Positions 22,440 to 31,117 of a stretch of 64,000 nucleotides of DNA are shown here, one piece after another. The stretch lies in NCBI GenBank assembly GCA_964019335.1, contig OZ025714.1, forward strand, positions 62,001-126,000, in the 5' to 3' direction. Under the pieces are notes generated by a model. It was not told the origin of the DNA. It did no database searches and was given only the letters and a program-made list of their open reading frames with translations. The DNA comes from Diplonema japonicum (taxonomy: Eukaryota; Protista; Euglenozoa: Diplonemea). Within the stretch, counting starts at the first letter, position 1; each line of letters opens with the position of its first letter. A program made the position numbers and the translations under genes.

Positions 22440-23311
22440 GCAGGACAGTCGACGAGCGACGATGCGGAAAGGTGCCCAGCGGTGGGGGCAACAGGGATTT
22501 TGAAATGCTGCTCCGCTTGTGACATCCAAGGGTGGGTGATGGCGGTGGAAATGCTGGGGCGGTCGGAGTGGGAAGGGGACAATAGAGATGCGATAAATGT
22601 GCGGGCTTCATTCGAGAGAGACGCGGGGAACCGAGAGTCGGCAGGGGACACAGGCTGCGTTGTCATCATCCTGTGCAGCTTGACCCTCTCAGCAGGGGGC
22701 CATACCTTCCCGATAAAAGGAGGACGCCCACACACCAGGTAAAACAAAAGAACGCCAAGTGCGAAAATATCCGCAGCCTTCGCTTCCTCGGCAGAAATGA
22801 GCGTCCCATTCTGCTGAGCCTGCAACACTTCAGGGCTCTGATAGAATGAAGTGCCCATGGGCTTATTCGCAGATGTGACCATTTTACTGTACCCAAAATC
22901 GCCAACTTTGTACCCGCCGTTCTTCCCCACCAGAATATTCTCCAGTTTGATATCACGATGCACCAAATCGTTTGAGTGAAGGTACTCCAGAACTGTCGTT
23001 ACAGCCAAGCAGACTTCTTTGGTTTCGTCTTCCGTGAAACGCCTTTTGCGGTATAATGTGAAGTACAAATCTGTGTGCATGAGCTCCAAGGCGATGGCTA
23101 TTTCAGACCTGGTCTCGAGGACCTCGTAGGCCTTCACGATGTTGTCGTGGCTTAGCAGGGACATGATGTACCCTTCGTTGGTGTCTTCTTGTGACATCTT
23201 TGCGTCTTTTGTGATGATTTTCAGCGCTCTTTGTTCCCCTGTGGCCAAGTGTTTAGCAGACACTACGCGGGAGTGTGCGCCTTCTCCTATTCTGTGGTGA
23301 TGTGTTTAAAA

Positions 23312-23352
<41 letters not shown>

Positions 23353-23456
23353 ACATACTCATCCTCAACCAAATATTCCCCCGCTAAGCTACACACGTGT
23401 CTGTGCATGCCGTAGCACCGCTCGGTTTCGTCAATGAGCATTGGTGATTGTGGCAT
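22436..23456 (-). CDS. CAMK-group Ser/Thr protein kinase; exons 23456-23359 and 23291-22436
   Basis: Removing a 67-nt GTATGT-poly(A)-CACAG intron (23358-23292) restores EEIGEGAHSRV; ALK, HRDIKLEN, DFG, GTSFYQSPE and DIFALG motifs. Confidence 0.9.
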
Positions 23457-24013
23457 TTTTTTTTTTATTTATTTTATTTTTTTTTTTTTTTTTCCGTGGA
23501 TGTGTCACCCCCCTTTTTTTTTTGTGAACTTTGGGGAAAAGAAACGAAAAAGCAGTTTTAAAAAAAAAAAGAAGAAAAAAAAGGACATAAAATTTAAAAT
23601 AAAAATAAAAAAAGGAAAAGAGCGGGAGAAAAGATTCAAAAAAAAAAAAAGAAACGTTATGAAATCTTTGTGTTGGGGAGAAAGGAGCGTAAATAAAACG
23701 TATTACATCGCTTTGAAATAGCTCCTTACATCCATCCCCTCCTAGAAGAAATTCTTTTTTCCTTCTCCTTTTCCCCTTGGGATTAACAACCACAGGCAAA
23801 AAAAAAGAAGAAAAAATGGGAAAAAATAAAACACTGTCTTGCCGCGGTTCTATTTCATGATCCACGTGCACCATGCCATGTTTGTTCACACATTTTTTTC
23901 TTCCTTGACTGTCGGTTAAACTCCCTTCTAAACGGGGAAAAAAAAGGGGGGGAAAAGAACCAGAAAACAAAAAAGGGGAGGGGGGAAAAAAACACTCGTT
24001 TTTCTTCTTCTTC

Positions 24014-25036
24014 TTACACAACGACAAGCGTCTTGCCGGTGTTGCCACCTGTGAAAAGATGCCCCATTGCAGTGGGCATGTTCTCAAACCCTTCGATCTT
24101 GGTCTCCTTCACCTTCAGTTCACCCTTCTTCACATGGGTGATGAGCTCCATGGCCGCACGGGGGAAGTCCTCCTTCCACTGCGAGACAATGAATCCCTGG
24201 AAGGTGATGCACTTCGAGATAACGTTGAAAAGGTTCTTGATCCCGTACCTCTCTGCGGGGGGCTTGTTGTACTGGGAGATGGCGCCACACGCGATGACAC
24301 GAGAGTGGGTGTTGAGCACCTCAAGTGTGGCTTCCGTCATCACGCCACCCACGTTGTCGAAGTAGATATCGATCCCTTTGGGGCACAGCTCGTTGAGCTT
24401 CGCAACGAGGTCTTCGTCAGCAACCTTCTTGTAGTTGAACGCCTTGTCAACACCCATGGACAGCAGCTCCTCGACCTTCTCGTCCGACCCTGCAGAGGCG
24501 ACCACTGTGCAGCCCTTCAGCTTGAACACCTGGCACGCAATGCTCCCCACTGCACCAGCTGCACCGGTGACGTAAACGGTCTCGCCTTCCTTAGGCTTCC
24601 CGATCTTCTCAATGGGAAGGTAGGCCGACAGCCCTGTGAGCCCAATAGGCCCCAGGAAGTACGACACCGGAACATCCTCTGACGGGAAGATCTTTGTGAG
24701 GACCTTCCCGTCCGCAACGAGCGTCCTCTTGTACGGGAGCAGCCCAGTGCAGTGCTCGCCTTCCTTCAAACCGTCGAACTTGGAGCTCAGCACCTTGCAC
24801 GCCATGAAGCCCTCGATGGGCTTGTTCAGCTCGAAGGTCCCAATGTACCCCTTCTTCACCGCACCGCTCATCCTCCCCCTCATGTAAGGGTCCACGCTCA
24901 TCACGACAGTCTGCAGCAGAACCTCACCATCCTTGAGATCGTCGGCGGTGGGTGTGGCAGTCTCCTCAAGAGAGAAGGTCTCGGCAGTGGGGAGACCTGT
25001 GGGGTGCGAGGCGTAGTTCCAAACCTGGTTCGTCAT
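24014..25036 (-). CDS. NADP-dependent MDR oxidoreductase (prostaglandin reductase/LTB4DH/CurA-like), copy A
   Basis: SVDPYMRGRM, GAAGAVGS, GIDIYFDNVGG, CGAISQYN and GGNTGK motifs. Confidence 0.95.
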   Translation of the reverse strand: MTNQVWNYASHPTGLPTAETFSLEETATPTADDLKDGEVLLQTVVMSVDPYMRGRMSGAVKKGYIGTFELNKPIEGFMACKVLSSKFDGLKEGEHCTGLLPYKRTLVADGKVLTKIFPSEDVPVSYFLGPIGLTGLSAYLPIEKIGKPKEGETVYVTGAAGAVGSIACQVFKLKGCTVVASAGSDEKVEELLSMGVDKAFNYKKVADEDLVAKLNELCPKGIDIYFDNVGGVMTEATLEVLNTHSRVIACGAISQYNKPPAERYGIKNLFNVISKCITFQGFIVSQWKEDFPRAAMELITHVKKGELKVKETKIEGFENMPTAMGHLFTGGNTGKTLVVV

Positions 25037-25149
25037 GTTGTTGGGTGTTGAGGGTTGGGTCCTGTGGGGTAAGTTTGAAAAGGGAAAAGAGGAAGAAAAA
25101 AAACAAAAATGTAGAAAACATCAATTTTCCCCTCCGTGCCCTCCGCTGT

Positions 25150-25479
25150 CTACTCGTCCCACACCTTTTCCTTTGAAGTGTCTGCGTTGCGTTTCTCTAT
25201 CTCGTCGTCATCAGGGAGCACACCGTCGTACTTCACGTAAAGCGAGTACTGCATGAATAAGATGATGGTAAGCAGCACCCACGTCGCTGGGTGCGTGATG
25301 GTCCACGCCCTCTCAGGGGCTGCAAGCGTCCACATCTTATCCCTGTGGTGGGCGTCTGCGTGTTTTCTCATGGCCTCCAGCTTTTCCCGTTCCTCTTTTG
25401 TCAGCGGGGGGTCGGTGTTAAATCGTCGACCGATGTGTGCAGCACGAGCCGCCACCCTGCGCAGTGATGTCCGTAGCAT
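25150..25479 (-). CDS. Small single-TM protein with probable mitochondrial presequence
   Basis: MLRTSLRRVAARAAHIGRRF Arg-rich N-terminus; one TM (ATWVLLTIILFMQYSLYV); coding-like composition. Confidence 0.7.
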   Translation of the reverse strand: MLRTSLRRVAARAAHIGRRFNTDPPLTKEEREKLEAMRKHADAHHRDKMWTLAAPERAWTITHPATWVLLTIILFMQYSLYVKYDGVLPDDDEIEKRNADTSKEKVWDE

Positions 25480-26275
25480 TTGTTTTTCTTCCCCTTTTCT
25501 TTTTATTTTCCCTTCTTTTAAAGTTGTGAAATCTCGAAAAATAAAGAAACGAAGGTAGTTAGCAAACTAAAGAAGAAAAAGTAGCGGTAGGTCGCTGGAA
25601 TTTGTATTAGACCCCCAAAAGAACCACCCTTTTTTCTTTTTCTTTCTTATTTGCATGTGAATATTGGCACCAGGATTCTTCTAGTAGAACAGAGGATCCG
25701 CCCTTTTTTGCATAAATACGGTGGATTGAGGAAACAAAAACATCTTTCCTACCTTTTTTTCGTCTTAGTTCTTTTTAGGATTTAATTACGTGTCCCTCAA
25801 CCAAGAGAAGAAAGTATGGGTAGGCTCACTGGGATTTTCAAGACACCCAAGAATTACTTTCTTTTTTTGCAGGTACACGTTCGAAAAACAAACAATTAAA
25901 CAAAACAAACAAACAAAAGGAAAATCTTATGAGTTTAGCGAGGTCTTTGAGACGCCACTTGAAACTCAAAAAAAAAAGGCCCTGTTTTTAAAAAAAAAGG
26001 GAATTTTGATGAGAGGGAGTGAAAGAAAACGACAAAAAAAAAGGGGGGGATAAATAAAATGTATCGGCAACCGTATAATAAATCCACCCCAAGAGGGGGA
26101 CGTACACACGATTTGTATTTTTACTTTTCAGAGAGAAAAAAGTGGGAAAACCCCGTGTGTCATTAATCAACTCCACGGGTCTATGTTCATTCACACACTT
26201 TTCTTTTCCCTCACCCCTTTTTAAATAACAAGAAAAAGATAAAAAAAAAAGAAGAAGAACTAGATTTTTGTTCTT

Positions 26276-27298
26276 TTACACAATGACAACCGTCTTGCCA
26301 CTGTTGCCACCTGTGAAAAGATGCCCCATTGCAGTGGGCATGTTCTCAAACCCTTCGATCCTGGTCTCCTTCACCTTCAGTTCACCCTTCTTCACGTAGG
26401 CTAGAATCTCCATGGCCGCACGGGGGAACTCATCAGTCCACTGCCAAGCAATGAAGCCCTGCATGGTGATGCACTTCGAGATAACGTTGAAAAGGTTCTT
26501 GATCCCGTACCTCTCTGCGGGGGGCTTGTTGTACTGGGAGATGGCGCCACACGCGATGACACGAGAGTGGGTGTTGAGCACCTCAAGTGTGGCTTCCGTC
26601 ATCACGCCACCCACGTTGTCGAAGTAGATATCGATCCCTTTGGGGCACAGCTCGTTGAGCTTCGCAACGAGGTCTTCGTCAGCAACCTTCTTGTAGTTGA
26701 ACGCCTTGTCAACACCCATGGACAGCAGCTCCTCGACCTTCTCGTCCGACCCTGCAGAGGCGACCACTGTGCAGCCCTTTAGCTTGAACACCTGGCACGC
26801 AATGCTCCCCACTGCACCAGCTGCACCGGTTACGTAAGCAGTCTCGCCTTCCTTAGGCTTCCCGATCTTCTCAATGGGAAGGTAGGCCGACAGCCCTGTG
26901 AGCCCCATGGGCCCCAGGAAGTACGACACCGGAACATCCTCTGACGGGAAGATCTTTGTGAGGACCTTCCCGTCCGCAACGAGCGTCCTCTTGTACGGGA
27001 GCAGCCCAGTGCAGTGCTCGCCTTCCTTCAAACCGTCGAACTTGGAGCTCAGCACCTTGCACGCCATGAAGCCCTCGATGGGCTTGTTCAGCTCGAAGGT
27101 CCCAATGTACCCCTTCTCTACCACTGCACTCATCCTCCCCCTCATGTAAGGGTCCACGCTCATCACGACAGTCTGCAGCAGAACCTCACCATCCTTGAGA
27201 TCGTCGGCGGTGGGTGTGGCAGTCTCCTCAAGAGAGAAGGTCTCGGCAGTGGGGAGACCTGTGGGGTGCGAGGCGTAGTTCCAAACCTGGTTCGTCAT
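26276..27298 (-). CDS. NADP-dependent MDR oxidoreductase, copy B
   Basis: Near-identical to 24014-25036 (19 of 340 aa differ by manual comparison); true start MTNQVW at 27298. Confidence 0.95.
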   Translation of the reverse strand: MTNQVWNYASHPTGLPTAETFSLEETATPTADDLKDGEVLLQTVVMSVDPYMRGRMSAVVEKGYIGTFELNKPIEGFMACKVLSSKFDGLKEGEHCTGLLPYKRTLVADGKVLTKIFPSEDVPVSYFLGPMGLTGLSAYLPIEKIGKPKEGETAYVTGAAGAVGSIACQVFKLKGCTVVASAGSDEKVEELLSMGVDKAFNYKKVADEDLVAKLNELCPKGIDIYFDNVGGVMTEATLEVLNTHSRVIACGAISQYNKPPAERYGIKNLFNVISKCITMQGFIAWQWTDEFPRAAMEILAYVKKGELKVKETRIEGFENMPTAMGHLFTGGNSGKTVVIV

Positions 27299-27465
27299 GT
27301 TGTTGGGTGTTGAGGGTTGGGTCCTGTGGGGGGGGGGGGGGGGGGGGGGCGTGGGAAAAAGAGAGGGGTACGTAAGAAAAAAAAAAAAGAAAAAAAAATT
27401 CTCCGTTCTTGTTACAATACAACATTTACTTCTTCTTTTTTTTTTTATAATACACAAATTGGTTT

Positions 27466-27807
27466 TTAGTGGTCTCCTGCCCACCGTAATCTTCTCCCGG
27501 GACTGACCTCTTGGTAGTACACAGGTGTGAGTGGGGTGCGGCGACGGAGTACGGCAATGGCATCGCCGAAGGCAGCATGCAGCTCTGAAGAACGTTCTTC
27601 AGGTATGTGCACTTGGCTGTGGTGGTGGGAAACGTGGTACTGGTGGTTCTGTTGCTGTTGTTGCTGCTGCATTTGCTGCTGCGAGTAATGTGTTTCTTTC
27701 TTTTTGCTATCGACTAGTTCATTCAAAGCACCCAGCACATCAGACAGAGCTGTGGATAAGTGATCAACTTCAGCCTTAAGGGTACTGATATCTCCTCTCA
27801 CGTCCAT
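27466..27807 (-). CDS. Small coiled-coil / poly-Q protein
   Basis: 113-aa ATG ORF with heptad-like N-terminus and a Q/H-rich stretch; GC-balanced island between homopolymer spacers. Confidence 0.6.
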   Translation of the reverse strand: MDVRGDISTLKAEVDHLSTALSDVLGALNELVDSKKKETHYSQQQMQQQQQQQNHQYHVSHHHSQVHIPEERSSELHAAFGDAIAVLRRRTPLTPVYYQEVSPGRRLRWAGDH

Positions 27808-28502
27808 TGTTGGGCGGCACCCACGCCCCCTTTTCTTTTTTGCCTGTTTAAAAATATAGAAAAAGATGTTGCGAGTTTGGGGGGGGGGGGGTATATTGAG
27901 CTTCTCTGTGAATTCATGGGCAAATATAAGAATGCGGTGCTAATTCCCCTTACCGTCCGGGGGGAGGGGGGGGGGGTCTAGAAATCTGGAGAAGTATTTT
28001 ATCCTGGGAGCACAGTCCCTTGATTAATTAGAATTGTGTACTCTTCCTTTTTTTTTTGTCCTTTCTTAGTTCTTCTTTTTTTTTTTCTTTTCCCCCCTTC
28101 TTTTTTTTCAGAGAGAAAGGAAAATAGAAAAATTATTTCAGAGCAAGAGAGAAATATTCTTTTCTTCGTCTTTTGTTTTTTTTTTTTACTGTAACAAAAA
28201 AAAAAAAAAGATGTCCGCAAAAGGTTGTATTTTTTTTTTCTTTCAAAAAAAAAAAAAAAAAAAAAGAAAGGATGGTAGGGAAAAGGGGGTTAGAAAAAAA
28301 TAAAATAAAAAAAACAAGAACTTTTGCTTTGCCAATTTAAAAGGTTTTGCTATGCACACACCTTTTCCTATTTATTTGTTTGGTTTTTTTTTTTTTTCCC
28401 TCTTTTTTTTTTTGGCTTCCTTCTCTTTTATTTCCTTTTTCTTCTTTTCAACTTCTTGGTTTCCCTTTTTTTTCTTTTTTTTAAAAAACAACAACAAAAA
28501 CC

Positions 28503-28636
28503 TCATCAGCCAAGGCGGCTCACTAAAGATCTTTTTTCTCTTTTGAAAAAAGGAATTTCTGATCTTTAGAAAAAAAAACACTATCAAGAGTGCTGTTGGG
28601 GGTTTATTGCACAGCCTTTACGCGTCACATGAGCAC
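28503..28636 (-). promoter_or_regulatory. Candidate SECIS element in the GPx 3' UTR, interrupted by a putative 59-nt intron (28581-28523)
   Basis: GUGA (28628-28625) ... UGAU (28586-28583) core with a GCUGU/ACAGC stem and AAUAAA loop, about 105 nt after the stop of a UGA-containing GPx; helix-II geometry is non-canonical. Confidence 0.5.
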
Positions 28637-28739
28637 GTTGCAGAAAGAAGAAAAAGAAAAAAAAAGAATGTGAAGAAGGAAAAGAACGAAGAAGTAGAAA
28701 AAAAAAAGAGGAGCCAAAAAACTTTTTTTTTTCCCCCTC

Positions 28740-29345
28740 CTACATCAGTTCAAGCAATTTAGGTGCAATTGCATCAACCTTGTCGGTGGGGGAGAACCTC
28801 TTGACGAGCTTGCCATCTTTGTCTACGAGAAATTTGGAGAAGTTCCACTTGATTGCAGTTGTGCCAAGAATGCCCGGGAGCTCCTTCTGCATCCATTTCC
28901 ACATGGGGTGCGCATTGTCACCGTTAACGTCGATCTTTGCCATGAGCACCTTCTCAAAACCGTACTTCCCAGCAAACTCCTTAACCTCCTCATTGCTCCC
29001 AGGCTCCTGACTGCCGAACTGGTTGCACGGGAAAGCGATGATCTCAAACTTTCCTGGGTGCTCCTTCTGCAACGCCACATACCCTTTGTACATGGCGTCT
29101 GTCAAGCCTCACTTAGAAGCGACATTGGTGATGATAAGAGGTTTACCTGCAAACTGCGACATACTCACAGTGTTGCCATCAATGTCAAGGGCTTCGAATT
29201 CGTGGACACTCTGTGGGTTTTTTTTCTTTTTTTTTTCTCTTTAAAGGAAGGAAGGAGAGGAGGGGGAGGCAATTCTTTTTCCAGAGGGAGAATTTTATAC
29301 ATAAAAACGCTTCGCATGGCTTAGCATCCTCCGTGCCGTGTACAT
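28740..29345 (-). CDS. Selenocysteine-containing glutathione peroxidase (GPx4-like), predicted mitochondrial; exons 29345-29301 and 29210-28740; Sec TGA at 29111-29109
   Basis: Spliced product MYTARRMLSHAKRFY|SVHEFEALDIDGNTVSMSQFAGKPLIITNVASK(TGA)GLT...AFPCNQFGSQEPG...KIDVNG...WNFSKFLVDKDG; 90-nt GTATAA...CACAG intron. Confidence 0.9.
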
Positions 29346-29482
29346 TTTTTTTTTCTTTTTTTTTTTTTTTGTCCTTTCTTTTATTCTTATGTACTATTTT
29401 TTTTTTTATTGTGTCTGACAGGGAGGGGCGAGAGGTGGGGGGGAAAAAAAAAAGGAAAAAAAAAAAGTGAACTTACAAAAGC

Positions 29483-29907
29483 TCAATTCTTTTTTTTTTT
29501 TTTGTAGTTGTCGTCGCCGCCGCCTCCCCTTTTTATTTCTTTCATCCTCCTCCTCCCTTCCCCCCCTTTTCTTTTTGTTCTAACCATACCTTGTGTGCCA
29601 CCAAGTGCTTCTCCCCGCAGTTTTTGTTACCCATTTTTTTGTTGTGGCCTTTTTTTTTAATTTTTTTTTTGTTTGTTTTTTAAACCGAAAAAAGAAAAAA
29701 AACCGAATGAAATATAAAAAAAGAAAAAAAAGCGAAAAATCTTTTTTTTTTCATACAGTCATCCTTTGTGTTGTGCTGTTCCCCGTCATAGGCCTTTTTG
29801 GCGGTTTCGCTGATGGACCCCACGCTAAAAAGGGAGGTTTGAAGACACAGAAGGGTGCAAGTTCCGCACAAGAACGCCCCAGCGACAAATTTGCTTGGGC
29901 CAGCCAT
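29483..29907 (-). CDS. Possible small multi-exon membrane-anchored protein (3' exon structure uncertain)
   Basis: Acceptor CAG then ATG 29907 (MAGPSKFVAGAFLCGTCTLLCLQ); GTATG donors at 29756 and ~29589; AAG acceptors at 29649 and 29529; frame across an A7 run is ambiguous. Confidence 0.4.
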
Positions 29908-29963
29908 TCTGCTTCCCCTGGGTGAGTTTTCTCAAGAAAAAAAAAAAAAAAAAGAGGAGAACG

Positions 29964-30437
29964 TTACACGGAATCGTCGTCCTGTGAGACTTCATCTAAG
30001 CCATCAAAAAGCCCAGAGTGCATTTCTGCAGCAGGGGTGTAAGCGATTATAGGTACTGCAGACTGTGTAGCCTTTGGTGCTTCTTCCTTCCTCTGCTCTT
30101 GTTCCCCGTCTTCAACTGCAGCTAGTTTTGCCTTTTCATAATTTATTTCTTTCTCGACTTCCTTTATCCTCCACGAGACATCTCCCATGCATACTTTTAT
30201 TCTTTTGATGCTTCGCTGCAACGCCTGCTTCACTCGCTTTCTATTCAGTGTGAGCTCTTCGTATTTTTTGAATTCCCCTGCTGCCCTTGCGCAGCCCTCC
30301 TCATGGGCTGAATAAGTTTCCCAGTAGTACGCACCTACCGCCTTGTGCACCAACACATTCGTTTGCGTGGTTTTCAGCGTTTTTATCTCCTGGTCCAAAA
30401 AGAACTCTTGCTCATACTCGTCGCGCTCGATGGGCAT
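29964..30437 (-). CDS. Hypothetical coiled-coil protein (157 aa)
   Basis: ATG after a polyY-CAG acceptor (30466) and A-rich leader; E/K-rich helical sequence. Confidence 0.7.
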   Translation of the reverse strand: MPIERDEYEQEFFLDQEIKTLKTTQTNVLVHKAVGAYYWETYSAHEEGCARAAGEFKKYEELTLNRKRVKQALQRSIKRIKVCMGDVSWRIKEVEKEINYEKAKLAAVEDGEQEQRKEEAPKATQSAVPIIAYTPAAEMHSGLFDGLDEVSQDDDSV

Positions 30438-31117
30438 TCTTTTTTCCTTTTCCTCTGTTAGATGTCTGCAGAAAAGAAGAGAAAAAAAAAAAAAAAAAAA
30501 AAAAAGAAGAGAGAGAGAAATAATCGGGGAGCCGGGGAGGAAAAAACAGGGAAAAAAAAAAAGAAAGAAAGAAAAGAAAAAAAAGAAAAACCTAAAAAGA
30601 AGCCAAGAGAATGAGATATTTATTTATTATTTAAATAAAAAAAATAAAGCGCGGGACTCGTCAATCTCAGAAAAATTCGTCGTCGGCCGATGCGGGGTTT
30701 TTTTTTTTTTTATGTTCTTTTTCTTCTTTTTTTTTTTTTCCTTTTTTTTTCCTCCCATTATTTTCTCTTATTTTTTATTTGGTTCTTTTCCTCGGAACAA
30801 ACGATTCTAACTAAAAAGTAAATGCGAGGCACTCCGCCAGCCCTCTCAGTGCACCCGTCACGTGATCTCAGCGGGGTAACCCCTGTCAACAATGATGGTT
30901 CTGGCAGCCGCTAAGCAGCTCCTGAAGCAGTCGCGGTGCACGGAGCAGGACACCTCCGCCTTTTCTCCTCAGTGTAGAATGCAAAAAGAAAAAAAAAAAA
31001 AAAATAAAAATAAAAATAAATAAATAAAAAGAAAGTGTTGTATCCTTTATTTTATCAGTAAGTTACTTTCCTTTTCTTTTTCTTTTTCTTTTCTTTTTTT
31101 ACGTTTTTAGTGGAAAC

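Noticed and set aside
30860-30890. GCTGAGA preceded by GGGG on the minus strand as a TPP riboswitch
   Set aside because: The downstream ACCUGAU / pyrophosphate-sensor helix is missing.
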